Notes: generated by a model not told the origin, from the letters alone. Counted from the stretch's first letter, positions 1 through 14,190 are shown. The stretch: DNA of 64,000 bases from Euglena gracilis (GCA_039621445.1 CP154954.1:25184954-25248953), one strand, 5' to 3'. Made by a program: numbers and translations.

Positions 1-346
1 AAGTGAGTTTTACGTGAAACCGTAAACAATGTTCGGTTGAAGAAAGTTGCTCTGTGTGTTGTTTTCTCTGATGATTTCCAGTTTTTTTTGGCAATTTTCC
101 CCCCTGATTGCAGCAAACAACAGCAAATGGATTTTTTATAACGTTTGATGTGCTGCACCGTTTCAGGTTCAGCGTAATTCAGCTTTTTCTCCACAGCTTT
201 TCAACTTCATTTCTGCGAGATGTGTTTCTCAGGGCAGTTCTCTGCACCATTGAAATGGTGTACACAAATGTACACTCGATACCCTGGCCAAGATGTGCTG
301 TGGTGACTTGAGCCAGTCTGTGGCAACTGGGCACACCAACAGTAAC

Positions 347-1740
347 CAGGCACGAATAATCACGAATAATCACGAATCACCACAAATTTCGGATTTTTCA
401 AAAATCACAAATAATCACGAATATCACGCATAATCACGAATGAGATTTTTTCTTGCGAATTTTTTTTCTTCACCACTGTTGCCCGCCCCAAAAGGCGGCG
501 AGACAATCGCGGGCATTTTCGGAAAACTGAGCAAACCACAAAAATCCACAATTTCCACAGCCAAAGAGTGGGTTTTTAGCTCTTTTGTTTGTGGCAAACA
601 GGCTTCTTTTTAAGACCCCCGGGGTGGGGAGAGGAGGTCCCCCCACCCACCTAGCTCGGCACGGGACCCCACATTCAGCATTCGGAACTTTATTTTACTT
701 GTTCTTTAGAAAATTTCTTCTTCGGATTCTGATGGCAAATCACAATCTACTGCTGCTGCTGCAGCCATGGAAGTGAAGAAGAAGGAATGGAAACGTGTGG
801 GTAAAGATAAGATGTGCTTGACCCACAAAAGGTTCTGAACGCGCGGCCCAGTTGGGAGAATTACAAGGTATTTTTTCCAATGAGAATGCGACGATTGTTT
901 CTATTTCCACACTAGGATCTCTTTGATCCTGAAGGGGAATTGGAAGCTGATGATGCCGATGATTCTAGTGAAATGAGGAAGCAAAGGACTTTGTCTCTCA
1001 AGGCCGATTGGGCAAGATATACAGCTATGAGCTCTCACACCGTGCAGTCCTTGGCAGACATTGCCCCATTTTGGAATGCGAGGTGTCCATATATGTCAAT
1101 AAATTGGAATTCCACCCCTTTTTCTTCAGGGGTGGTCCGCTGGCAGAGGCTATTGCGCCATATCTCTAGTATCCCGTGATTTCAGCCGCCGTGGAAAGAT
1201 CTTTCAGCCAGTCAGAACTGGATTTATTTTTTTGTCTTGTTGTTTGGATGCATTGAAGGTTGCTTATTTTTGTGTATGCACATGGGGTGTGGAACAAAGG
1301 GAAGCCCACCCTTGGCTCGTGGACGCCAAGAACCGCCAGAAAGCTGGTAAGGCATTGCGGCAGGCCGCTATCGTTCTGGTTTGTAACGGTGACACTGAGC
1401 GCCGCTTCACTGTTGCGTAACTAGACTGGCCGCAGGCGGCTTCACTTTCTGCTTTTGTGATGCCTCATGTTTCCAGCCGGGGTTTGTGTAGGCAATGGAA
1501 CCCTCACACAAGGATGTTGCACAGGTGCAAGGTTTTTTTTTTATGTCAAAAAGTATTGTTCTTCCTGCCGCCATCCCAGCACTCCGTCATTTAGCTGAAA
1601 ACCGGGCAAATTTTTGGCACCACAAATAATCACGAATAATCACGAATAATCACGAATAATCACGAATAATCACGAATAATCACGAATAATCACGAATGAG
1701 AAAGATGGCGGTCCCAACCACGAATGGGAGGGAAACCCTG
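347..1740 (+). mobile_element. Defective, internally deleted hAT-family DNA transposon, copy 1
   Basis: Ends are CAGG...GGAAACCCTG, flanked by the direct repeat CAGTAAC (340-346 and 1741-1747). There are (TAATCACGAA)n arrays at both ends and an internal transposase C-terminal remnant. Confidence 0.8.
811..1420 (+). pseudogene. hAT transposase C-terminal remnant with GT-AG introns (868-915, 1083-1129) and an in-frame stop
   Basis: The spliced translation is DVLDPQK...LKADWARY...DIAPFWNAR-GGPLAEAIAPYL*YPVISAAVERSFS...LVDAKNRQK...VLVCNGD. This matches the hAT LDP motif and the C-terminal dimerisation domain (FW...P.LA...L..P..SA.vERsFS...R). TAG at 1167-1169. Confidence 0.85.
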
Positions 1741-2927
1741 CAGTAACAAGGTTTCTGTGCCCAGAGTTGATTCCATTCTCCAATCTGTGGAACTTTCAGT
1801 TTACGGGAACCCGTGAAGATGTTTTCAAGTCACCCCAGCCAGTGTTTTTGGGGAACACTGCCACAGCTTGGCACCAGCACCATACCGACATGGGCAACAT
1901 GGGTTATGTTCTGTTCCAACAGAACATAGGGACCATGGCAAGAAGGGATACACTGCCCACACCAAATAATTTTGAAAAGCAATTTTACGGAAAACCGTGA
2001 GCATGTTCAGTCGCTGCATTGGACATATGTGTTAAGGGTTGGGACAAAAAGGCCACCAGTCTGACTCCAGGGGTTGGGTACAAGGTTCAGGTCCCATTCA
2101 CAAACAAGAGGGGTGCGGCAGAAGTTTACAGGAAACCGTAAACCACTTCACGTTCACGGTTTTCCGTAAACTTCTGTTTTTGCATGTTTACGGAAAACCG
2201 TAAGTCACCTTCGCCGCACAACCTTGTTTTGGGGCCCCCAAACGTTCATGGGAACCTGTACAGTATCGGAGGGGTGGATTAATACCAGAACTATTTCGGA
2301 ACACCCCGGGACCCACAAATTTCCCGGGATTTTTTTCAGGGCAAAATCTGAAATATCGGGCCAAATCGGGCGTTTTTCGGGTGAGCAGACAACGTGGGCT
2401 AGGAAAGGGCCGGGAATTGAAAAAGACTGCATAGTTTAGGCTGTCAAGCTTTCATTTACACTTTTCTGTGTTTCTTTGCGCAATTTTGCAAAGGGAAACA
2501 GTTTTTTTGGGGGGGTTTGGGTCCAGGGTTTTGAATGTACGCTGGCATCCATGTGTGGATATTCACCAGGGGTTTTCTTAAGCTGGAGGGGACCCCATCC
2601 CCGGGGGGGGGGGTCCAGCCAGCCAGCAGCTCAATTCCAGCCAGCAGCTCAAATTCGGGCTGGGAGCCCCCCTTGGGGGGGGTTGAGTGAAGTAAAGTTG
2701 GGTTCAGCCCTTCCGGAAGCCGGGCCAGCCGGCCGAAGGCCAGTCCTGCCAGCCGCAAGCTGGCCAGCCAACTGGGCTGCCCAGCTCACCTATCCCTGCG
2801 TTTTTTCCTCTCATCACAGCTTCCTCCATCACAGCCCTCCAGGCTTGATCTTGCTCCATCCATCAAAATGTCGAGAAGGCAACCATGTTTTTAGATTTTT
2901 TTTTCATCGATCCTGCCCAGCCCAGCC

Positions 2928-3046
2928 CAGGGTTTGATATAAGGAGGGCGTACATGGCTTAGGTGGGGGGTGTCCCCCCCACCCCCCCTCCTGGCCCGCA
3001 GGGGGGGTCCGGACCACCCCCCCACCTGTCCTTATATCGAACCCTG
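2928..3046. mobile_element. 119 bp hAT-type MITE, present once in each tandem unit
   Basis: 18 bp TIR CAGGGTTTGATATAAGGA / TCCTTATATCGAACCCTG, with a perfect 8 bp TSD GCCCAGCC (2920-2927, 3047-3054). Confidence 0.85.
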
Positions 3047-3849
3047 GCCCAGCCCCCTCCAGCCCCGGACCCCCTGCCCCCCCCCTATACCCCCGGGGGG
3101 GGGGGTCCAGCCAGCAGCTCGTTTCCAGCCAGCAGCCTTTTGGCCAGCCGTAGGCTGGACCCCCGGGGGGTCCTTAAAATCTTCATCCCGATCGTCCCGA
3201 CCCTCACGTTTTTCTGGGGTGAGCCCAGAGGAAATGCTAAAGTTTGGTGTTTTTTTTGTCCCTCCAAAACATGGCACCAGGCCTTGATTCCCCCCTGGTT
3301 TAACCCAGGGAAACAAGCAAACATGCAGGAAACCGCCTCGTCCTGCCCCTTGCAAACAACTGCATTTGTCAGCTGGTACACTCCTTTTGTAACTGACTTC
3401 AAAAACCTCCACAGGGTGCTGTGGGCCATCAAAGATAGCAAGCAAAGGAATAGGGCCTCCAGAGCATTAAAGTAGATTGGTAGAGAATTCTGAAGAATAT
3501 TGTGAGCAAAAGGGTGAAGGACACAGAAAGCTTTCCACCAGTTACCGGATGAGCTGTCTGGCAGATAACCCCCATAATATTATTAAACAGCAATTTTACC
3601 CGGAATCATGTTCTGTCGTTGCATCGGACATATGGGCGAGATGCCAGCATGAGGGTGAAGCAGCCCGCAGCATCACGTGACATCCTCTGGAGTGAGCTCT
3701 TATGAGCGCTGTCTGGGTTGTTGTTGAGGGACCTCTCTTGGGTGTGGCATCTAAACGAGTTGGGGGAAAGGTGGGCACTCGATACCCTGGCCAAGATGTG
3801 CTGTGGTGATTTGAGCCAGTCTGTGGCAACTGGGCACACCAACAGTAAC

Positions 3850-5253
3850 CAGGCACGAATAATCACGAATAATCACGAATCACCACAAATTTCGGATTTT
3901 TCAAAAATCACAAATAATCACGAATATCACGCATAATCACGAATGAGATTTTTTCTTGCGAATTTTTTTTCTTCACCACTGTTGCCCGCCCCAAAAGGCG
4001 GCGAGACAATCGCGGGCATTTTCGGAAAACTGAGCAAACCACAAAAATCCACAATTTCCACAGCCAAAGAGTGGGGTTTTAGCTCTTTTGTTTGTGGCAA
4101 ACAGGCTTCTTTTTAAGACCCCCGGGGTGGGGAGAGGAGGTCCCCCCACCCACCTAGCTCGGCACGGGACCCCACATTCAGCATTCGGAACTTTATTTTA
4201 CTTGTTCTTTAGAAAATTTCTTCTTCGGATTCTGATGGCAAATCACAATCTACTGCTGCTGCTGCAGCCATGGAAGTGAAGAAGAAGGAATGGAAACGTG
4301 TGGGTAAAGATAAGATGTGCTTGACCCACAAAAGGTTCTGAACGCGCGGCCCAGTTGGGAGAATTACAAGGTATTTTTTCCAATGAGAATGCGACGATTG
4401 TTTCTATTTCCACACTAGGATCTCTTTGATCCTGAAGGGGAATTGGAAGCTGATGATGCCGATGATTCTAGTGAAATGAGGAAGCAAAGGACTTTGTCTC
4501 TCAAGGCCGATTGGGCAAGATATACAGCTATGAGCTCTCACACCGTGCAGTCCTTGGCAGACATTGCCCCATTTTGGAATGCGAGGTGTCCATATATGTC
4601 AATAAATTGGAATTCCACCCCTTTTTCTTCAGGGGTGGTCCGCTGGCAGAGGCTATTGCGCCATATCTCTAGTATCCCGTGATTTCAGCCGCCGTGGAAA
4701 GATCTTTCAGCCAGTCAGAACTGGATTTATTTTTTTGTCTTGTTGTTTGGATGCATTGAAGGTTGCTTATTTTTGTGTATGCACATGGGGTGTGGAACAA
4801 AGGGAAGCCCACCCTTGGCTCGTGGACGCCAAGAACCGCCAGAAAGCTGGTAAGGCATTGCGGCAGGCCGCTATCGTTCTGGTTTGTAACGGTGACACTG
4901 AGCGCCGCTTCACTGTTGCGTAACTAGACTGGCCGCAGGCGGCTTCACTTTCTGCTTTTGTGATGCCTCATGTTTCCAGCCGGGGTTTGTGTAGGCAATG
5001 GAACCCTCACACAAGGATGATGCACAGGTGCAAGGTTTTTTTTTTATGTCAAAAAGTATTGTTCTTCCTGCCGCCATCCCAGCACTCCGTCATTTAGCTG
5101 AAAACCGGGCAAATTTTTGGCACCACAAATAATCACGAATAATCACGAATAATCACGAATAATCACGAATAATCACGAATAATCACGAATAATCACGAAT
5201 AATCACGAATGAGAAAGATGGCGGTCCCAACCACGAATGGGAGGGAAACCCTG
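3850..5253 (+). mobile_element. Defective hAT element, copy 2
   Basis: Same termini, CAGTAAC flanks and transposase remnant as 347-1740; 8 right-end 10-mers. Confidence 0.8.
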
Positions 5254-7353
5254 CAGTAACAAGGTTTCTGTGCCCAGAGTTGATTCCATTCTCCAATCTG
5301 TGGAACTTTCAGTTTACGGGAACCCGTGAAGATGTTTTCAAGTCACCCCAGCCAGTGTTTTTGGGGAACACTGCCACAGCTTGGCACCAGCACCATACCG
5401 ACATGGGCAACATGGGTTATGTTCTGTTCCAACAGAACATAGGGACCATGGCAAGAAGGGATACACTGCCCACACCAAATAATTTTGAAAAGCAATTTTA
5501 CGGAAAACCGTGAGCATGTTCAGTCGCTGCATTGGACATATGTGTTAAGGGTTGGGACAAAAAGGCCACCAGTCTGACTCCAGGGGTTGGGTACAAGGTT
5601 CAGGTCCCATTCACAAACAAGAGGGGTGCGGCAGAAGTTTACAGGAAACCGTAAACCACTTCACGTTCACGGTTTTCCGTAAACTTCTGTTTTTGCATGT
5701 TTACGGAAAACCGTAAGTCACCTTCGCCGCACAACCTTGTTTTGGGGCCCCCAAACGTTCATGGGAACCTGTACAGTATCGGAGGGGTGGATTAATACCA
5801 GAACTATTTCGGAACACCCCGGGACCCACAAATTTCCCGGGATTTTTTTCAGGGCAAAATCTGAAATATCGGGCCAAATCGGGCGTTTTTCGGGTGAGCA
5901 GACAACGTGGGCTAGGAAAGGGCCGGGAATTGAAAAAGACTGCATAGTTTAGGCTGTCAAGCTTTCATTTACACTTTTCTGTGTTTCTTTGCGCAATTTT
6001 GCAAAGGGAAACAGTTTTTTTGGGGGGGTTTGGGTCCAGGGTTTTGAATGTACGCTGGCATCCATGTGTGGATATTCACCAGGGGTTTTCTTAAGCTGGA
6101 GGGGACCCCATCCCCGGGGGGGGGGGGTCCAGCCAGCCAGCAGCTCAATTCCAGCCAGCAGCTCAAATTCGGGCTGGGAGCCCCCCTTGGGGGGGGTTGA
6201 GTGAAGTAAAGTTGGGTTCAGCCCTTCCGGAAGCCGGGCCAGCCGGCCGAAGGCCAGTCCTGCCAGCCGCAAGCTGGCCAGCCAACTGGGCTGCCCAGCT
6301 CACCTATCCCTGCGTTTTTTCCTCTCATCACAGCTTCCTCCATCACAGCCCTCCAGGCTTGATCTTGCTCCATCCATCAAAGGCAACCATGTTTTTAGAT
6401 TTTTTTTTTTCATCGATCCTGCCCAGCCCAGCCCAGGGTTTGATATAAGGAGGGCGTACATGGCTTAGGTGGGGGGTGTCCCCCCCACCCCCCCTCCTGG
6501 CCCGCAGGGGGGGTCCGGACCACCCCCCCACCTGTCCTTATATCGAACCCTGGCCCAGCCCCCTCCAGCCCCGGACCCCCTGCCCCCCCCCCTATACCCC
6601 CGGGGGGGGGTCCAGCCAGCAGCTCGTTTCCAGCCAGCAGCCTTTTGGCCAGCCGTAGGCTGGACCCCCGGGGGGTCCTTAAAATCTTCATCCCGATCGT
6701 CCCGACCCTCACGTTTTTCTGGGGTGAGCCCAGAGGAAATGCTAAAGTTTGGTGTTTTTTTGTCCCTCCAAAACATGGCACCAGGCCTTGATTCCCCCCT
6801 GGTTTAACCCAGGGAAACAAGCAAACATGCAGGAAACCGCCTCGTCCTGCCCCTTGCAAACAACTGCATTTGTCAGCTGGTACACTCCTTTTGTAACTGA
6901 CTTCAAAAACCTCCACAGGGTGCTGTGGGCCATCAAAGATAGCAAGCAAAGGAATAGGGCCTCCAGAGCATTAAAGTAGATTGGTAGAGAATTCTGAAGA
7001 ATATTGTGAGCAAAAGGGTGAAGGACACAGAAAGCTTTCCACCAGTTACCGGATGAGCTGTCTGGCAGATAACCCCCATAATATTATTAAACAGCAATTT
7101 TACCCGGAATCATGTTCTGTCGTTGCATCGGACATATGGGCGAGATGCCAGCATGAGGGTGAAGCAGCCCGCAGCATCACGTGACATCCTCTGGAGTGAG
7201 CTCTTATGAGCGCTGTCTGGGTTGTTGTTGAGGGACCTCTCTTGGGTGTGGCATCTAAACGAGTTGTGGGAAAGGTGGGCACTCGATACCCTGGCCAAGA
7301 TGTGCTGTGGTGATTTGAGCCAGTCTGTGGCAACTGGGCACACCAACAGTAAC

Positions 7354-8754
7354 CAGGCACGAATAATCACGAATAATCACGAATCACCACGAATTTCGGA
7401 TTTTTCAAAAATCACAAATAATCACGAATATCACGCATAATCACGAATGAGATTTTTTCTTGCGAATTTTTTTTCTTCACCACTGTTGCCCGCCCCAAAA
7501 GGCGGCGAGACAATCGCGGGCATTTTCGGAAAACTGAGCAAACCACAAAAATCCACAATTTCCACAGCCAAAGAGTGGGTTTTTAGCTCTTTTGTTTGTG
7601 GCAAACAGGCTTCTTTTTAAGACCCCCGGGGTGGGGAGAGGAGGTCCCCCCACCCACCTAGCTCGGCACGGGACCCCACATTCAGCATTCGGAACTTTAT
7701 TTTACTTGTTCTTTAGAAAATTTCTTCTTCGGATTCTGATGGCAAATCACAATCTACTGCTGCTGCAGCCATGGAAGTGAAGAAGAAGGAATGGAAACGT
7801 GTGGGTAAAGATAAGATGTGCTTGACCCACAAAATGTTCTGAACGCGCGGCCCAGTTGGGAGAATTATAAGGTATGTTTTCCAATGAGAATGCGACGATT
7901 GTTTCTATTTCCACACTAGGATCTCTTTGATCCTGAAGGGGAATTGGAAGCTGATGATGCCGATGATTCTAGTGAAATGAGGAAGCAAAGGACTTTGTCT
8001 CTCAAGGCCGATTGGGCAAGATATACAGCTATGAGCTCTCACACCGTGCAGTCCTTGGCAGACATTGCCCCATTTTGGAATGCGAGGTGTCCATATATGT
8101 CAATAAATTGGAATTCCACCCCTTTTTCTTCAGGGGTGGTCCGCTGGCAGAGGCTATTGCGCCATATCTCTAGTATCCCGTGATTTCAGCCGCCGTGGAA
8201 AGATCTTTCAGCCAGTCAGAACTGGATTTATTTTTTTGTCTTGTTGTTTGGATGCATTGAAGGTTGCTTATTTTTGTGTATGCACATGGGGTGTGGAACA
8301 AAGGGAAGCCCACCCTTGGCTCGTGGACGCCAAGAACCGCCAGAAAGCTGGTAAGGCATTGCGGCAGGCCGCTATCGTTCTGGTTTGTAACGGTGACACT
8401 GAGCGCCGCTTCACTGTTGCGTAACTAGACTGGCCGCAGGCGGCTTCACTTTCTGCTTTTGTGATGCCTCATGTTTCCAGCCGGGGTTTGTGTAGGCAAT
8501 GGAACCCTCACACAAGGATGATGCACAGGTGCAAGGTTTTTTTTTTATGTCAAAAAGTATTGTTCTTCCTGCCGCCATCCCAGCACTCCGTCATTTAGCT
8601 GAAAACCGGGCAAATTTTTGGCACCACAAATAATCACGAATAATCACGAATAATCACGAATAATCACGAATAATCACGAATAATCACGAATAATCACGAA
8701 TAATCACGAATGAGAAAGATGGCGGTCCCAACCACGAATGGGAGGGAAACCCTG
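7354..8754 (+). mobile_element. Defective hAT element, copy 3
   Basis: As copy 1; 8 right-end 10-mers. Confidence 0.8.
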
Positions 8755-10861
8755 CAGTAACAAGGTTTCTGTGCCCAGAGTTGATTCCATTCTCCAATCT
8801 GTGGAACTTTCAGTTTACGGGAACCCGTGAAGATGTTTTCAAGTCACCCCAGCCAGTGTTTTTGGGGAACACTGCCACAGCTTGGCACCAGCACCATACC
8901 GACATGGGCAACATGGGTTATGTTCTGTTCCAACAGAACATAGGGACCATGGCAAGAAGGGATACACTGCCCACACCAAATAATTTTGAAAAGCAATTTT
9001 ACGGAAAACCGTGAGCATGTTCAGTCGCTGCATTGGACATATGTGTTAAGGGTTGGGACAAAAAGGCCACCAGTCTGACTCCAGGGGTTGGGTACAAGGT
9101 TCAGGTCCCATTCACAAACAAGAGGGGTGCGGCAGAAGTTTACAGGAAACCGTAAACCACTTCACGTTCACGGTTTTCCGTAAACTTCTGTTTTTGCATG
9201 TTTACGGAAAACCGTAAGTCACCTTCGCCGCACAACCTTGTTTTGGGGCCCCCAAACGTTCATGGGAACCTGTACAGTATCGGAGGGGTGGATTAATACC
9301 AGAACTATTTCGGAACACCCCGGGACCCACAAATTTCCCGGGATTTTTTTCAGGGCAAAATCTGAAATATCGGGCCAAATCGGGCGTTTTTCGGGTGAGC
9401 AGACAACGTGGGCTAGGAAAGGGCCGGGAATTGAAAAAGACTGCATAGTTTAGGCTGTCAAGCTTTCATTTACACTTTTCTGTGTTTCTTTGCGCAATTT
9501 TGCAAAGGGAAACAGTTTTTTTGGGGGGGTTTGGGTCCAGGGTTTTGAATGTACGCTGGCATCCATGTGTGGATATTCACCAGGGGTTTTCTTAAGCTGG
9601 AGGGGACCCCATCCCCGGGGGGGGGGTCCAGCCAGCCAGCAGCTCAATTCCAGCCAGCAGCTCAAATTCGGGCTGGGAGCCCCCCTTGGGGGGGGTTGAG
9701 TGAAGTAAAGTTGGGTTCAGCCCTTCCGGAAGCCGGGCCAGCCGGCCGAAGGCCAGTCCTGCCAGCCGCAAGCTGGCCAGCCAACTGGGCTGCCCAGCTC
9801 ACCTATCCCTGCGTTTTTTCCTCTCATCACAGCTTCCTCCATCACAGCCCTCCAGGCTTGATCTTGCTCCATCCATCAAAATGTCGAGAAGGCAACCATG
9901 TTTTTAGATTTTTTTTTTCATCGATCCTGCCCAGCCCAGCCCAGGGTTTGATATAAGGAGGGCGTACATGGCTTAGGTGGGGGGTGTCCCCCCCACCCCC
10001 CCTCCTGGCCCGCAGGGGGGGTCCGGACCACCCCCCCACCTGTCCTTATATCGAACCCTGGCCCAGCCCCCTCCAGCCCCGGACCCCCTGCCCCCCCCCT
10101 ATACCCCCGGGGGGGGGTCCAGCCAGCAGCTCGTTTCCAGCCAGCAGCCTTTTGGCCAGCCGTAGGCTGGACCCCCGGGGGGTCCTTAAAATCTTCATCC
10201 CGATCGTCCCGACCCTCACGTTTTTCTGGGGTGAGCCCAGAGGAAATGCTAAAGTTTGGTGTTTTTTTTGTCCCTCCAAAACATGGCACCAGGCCTTGAT
10301 TCCCCCCTGGTTTAACCCAGGGAAACAAGCAAACATGCAGGAAACCGCCTCGTCCTGCCCCTTGCAAACAACTGCATTTGTCAGCTGGTACACTCCTTTT
10401 GTAACTGACTTCAAAAACCTCCACAGGGTGCTGTGGGCCATCAAAGATAGCAAGCAAAGGAATAGGGCCTCCAGAGCATTAAAGTAGATTGGTAGAGAAT
10501 TCTGAAGAATATTGTGAGCAAAAGGGTGAAGGACACAGAAAGCTTTCCACCAGTTACCGGATGAGCTGTCTGGCAGATAACCCCCATAATATTATTAAAC
10601 AGCAATTTTACCCGGAATCATGTTCTGTCGTTGCATCGGACATATGGGCGAGATGCCAGCATGAGGGTGAAGCAGCCCGCAGCATCACGTGACATCCTCT
10701 GGAGTGAGCTCTTATGAGCGCTGTCTGGGTTGTTGTTGAGGGACCTCTCTTGGGTGTGGCATCTAAACGAGTTGGGGGAAAGGTGGGCACTCGATACCCT
10801 GGCCAAGATGTGCTGTGGTGATTTGAGCCAGTCTGTGGCAACTGGGCACACCAACAGTAAC

Positions 10862-12264
10862 CAGGCACGAATAATCACGAATAATCACGAATCACCACGA
10901 ATTTCGGATTTTTCAAAAATCACAAATAATCACGAATATCACGCATAATCACGAATGAGATTTTTTCTTGCGAATTTTTTTTCTTCACCACTGTTGCCCG
11001 CCCCAAAAGGCGGCGAGACAATCGCGGGCATTTTCGGAAAACTGAGCAAACCACAAAAATCCACAATTTCCACAGCCAAAGAGTGGGTTTTTAGCTCTTT
11101 TGTTTGTGGCAAACAGGCTTCTTTTTAAGACCCCCGGGGTGGGGAGAGGAGGTCCCCCCACCCACCTAGCTCGGCACGGGACCCCACATTCAGCATTCGG
11201 AACTTTATTTTACTTGTTCTTTAGAAAATTTCTTCTTCGGATTCTGATGGCAAATCACAATCTACTGCTGCTGCTGCAGCCATGGAAGTGAAGAAGAAGG
11301 AATGGAAACGTGTGGGTAAAGATAAGATGTGCTTGACCCACAAAATGTTCTGAACGCGCGGCCCAGTTGGGAGAATTATAAGGTATGTTTTCCAATGAGA
11401 ATGCGACGATTGTTTCTATTTCCAGACTAGGACCTCTTTGATCCTGAAGGGGAATTGGAAGCTGATGATGCCGATGATTCTAGTGAAATGAGGAAGCAAA
11501 GGACTTTGTCTCTCAAGGCCGATTGGGCAAGATATACAGCTATGAGCTCTCACACCGTGCAGTCCTTGGCAGACATTGCCCCATTTTGGAATGCGAGGTG
11601 TCCATATATGTCAATAAATTGGAATTCCACCCCTTTTTCTTCAGGGGTGGTCCGCTGGCAGAGGCTATTGCGCCATATCTCTAGTATCCCGTGATTTCAG
11701 CCGCCGTGGAAAGATCTTTCAGCCTGTCAGAACTGGATTTATTTTTTTGTCTTGTTGTTTGGATGCCTTGAAGGTTGCTTATTTTGCGCATATTGTGTAT
11801 ACACATGGGGTGTGGAACAAAGGGAAGCCCACCCTTGGCTCGTGGACGCCAAGAACCGCCAGAAAGCTGGTAAGGCGTTGCGGCAGGCCGCTATCGTTCT
11901 GGTTTGTAACGGTGACACTGAGCGCCGCTTCACTGTTGCGTAACTAGACTGGCCGCAGGCGGCTTCACTTTCTGCTTTTGTGATGCCTCATGTTTCCAGC
12001 CGGGGTTTGTGTAGGCAATGGAACCCTCACACAAGGATGATGCACAGGTGCAAGGTTTTTTTTTTTATGTCAAAAAGTATTGTTCTTCCTGCCGCCATCC
12101 TAGCACTCCGTCATTTAGCTGAAAACCGGGCAAATTTTTGGCACCACAAATAATCACGAATAATCACGAATAATCACGAATAATCACGAATAATCACGAA
12201 TAATCACGAATAATCACGAATGAGAAAGATGGCGGTCCCAACCACGAATGGGAGGGAAACCCTG
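10862..12264 (+). mobile_element. Defective hAT element, copy 4 (most divergent)
   Basis: As copy 1; 7 right-end 10-mers, an extra ~11 bp near 11785, and several private SNPs. Confidence 0.8.
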
Positions 12265-14190
12265 CAGTAACAAGGTTTCTGTGCCCAGAGTTGATTCCAT
12301 TCTCCAATCTGTGGAATTTTCAGTTTACGGGAACCCGTGAAGATGTTTTCAAGTCACCCCAGCCAGTGTTTTTGGGGAACACTGCCACAGCTTGGCACCA
12401 GCACCATACCGACATGGGCAACATGGGTTATGTTCTGTTCCAACAGAACATAGGGACCATGGCAAGAAGGGATACACTGCCCACGCCAAATAATTTTGAA
12501 AAGCAATTTTACGGAAAACCGTGAGCATGTTCAGTCGCTGCATTGGACATATGTGTTAAGGGTTGGGACAAAAAGGCCACCAGTCTGACTCCAGGGGTTG
12601 GGTACAAGGTTCAGGTCCCATTCACAAACAAGAGGGGTGCGGCAGAAGTTTACAGGAAACCGTAAACCACTTCACGTTCACGGTTTTCCGTAAACTTCTG
12701 TTTTTGCATGTTTACGGAAAACCGTAAGTCACCTTCGCCGCACAACCTTGTTTTGGGGCCCCCAAACGTTCATGGGAACCTGTACAGTATCGGAGGGGTG
12801 TATTAATACCAGAACTATTTCGGAACACCCCGGGACCCACAAATTTCCCGGGATTTTTTTCAGGGCAAAATCTGAAATATCGGGCCAAATCGGGCGTTTT
12901 TCGGGTGAGCAGACAACGTGGGCTAGGAAAGGGCCGGGAATTGAAAAAGACTGCATAGTTTAGGCTGTCAAGCTTTCATTTACACTTTTCTGTGTTTCTT
13001 TGCGCAATTTTGCAAAGGGAAACAGTTTTTTTGGGGGGGTTTGGGTCCAGGGTTTTGAATGTACGCTGGCATCCATGTGTGGATATTCACCAGGGGTTTT
13101 CTTAAGCCGGAGGGGACCCCATCCCCGGGGGGGGGGTCCAGCCAGCCAGCAGCTCAATTCCAGCCAGCAGCTCAAATTCGGGCTGGGAGCCCCCCTTGGG
13201 GGGGGTTGAGTGAAGTAAAGTTGGGTTCAGCCCTTCCGGAAGCCGGGCCAGCCGGCCGAAGGCCAGTCCTGCCAGCCGCAAGCTGGCCAGCCAACTGGGC
13301 TGCCCAGCTCACCTATCCCTGCGTTTTTTCCTCTCATCACAGCTTCCTCCATCACAGCCCTCCAGGCTTGATCTTGCTCCATCCATCAAAATGTCGAGAA
13401 GGCAACCATGTTTTTAGATTTTTTTTTCATCGATCCTGCCCAGCCCAGCCCAGGGTTTGATATAAGGAGGGCGTACATGGCTTAGGTGGGGGGTGTCCCC
13501 CCCCCCCCCCCTCCTGGCCCGCAGGGGGGGTCCGGACCACCCCCCCACCTGTCCTTATATCGAACCCTGGCCCAGCCCCCTCCAGCCCCGGACCCCCCCC
13601 CCCCCCCCTATACCCCCGGGGGGGGGGTCCAGCCAGCAGCTCGTTTCCAGCCAGCAGCCTTTTGGCCAGCCGTAGGCTGGACCCCCGGGGGGTCCTTAAA
13701 ATCTTCATCCCGATCGTCCCGACCCTCACGTTTTTCTGGGGTGAGCCCAGAGGAAATGCTAAAGTTTGGTGTTTTTTGTCCCTCCAAAACATGGCACCAG
13801 GCCTTGATTTCCCCCTGGTTTGACCCAGGGAAACAAGCAAACATGCAGGAAACCGCCTCGTCCTGCCCCTTGCAAACAACTGCATTTGTCAGCTGGTACA
13901 CTCCTTTCGTAACTGACTTCAAAAACCTCCACAGGGTGCTGTGGGCCATCAAAGATAGCAAGCAAAGGAATAGGGCCTCCAGAGCATTAAAATAGATTGG
14001 TAGAGAATTCTGAAGAATATTGTGAGCAAAAGGGTGAAGGACACAGAAAGCTTTCCACCAGTTACCGGATGAGCTGTCTGGCAGATAACCCCCATAATAT
14101 TATTAAACAGCAATTTTACCCGGAATCATGTTCCGTCGTTGCATCGGACATATGGGCGAGATGCCAGCATGAGGGTGAAGCAGCCCGCAG

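Noticed and set aside
1627-1697. (TAATCACGAA)n and the 48090-48610 repeats as a CRISPR-like array
   Set aside because: The repeats have no unique spacers of regular length, there are no cas-like ORFs, and the context is eukaryotic transposon sequence.
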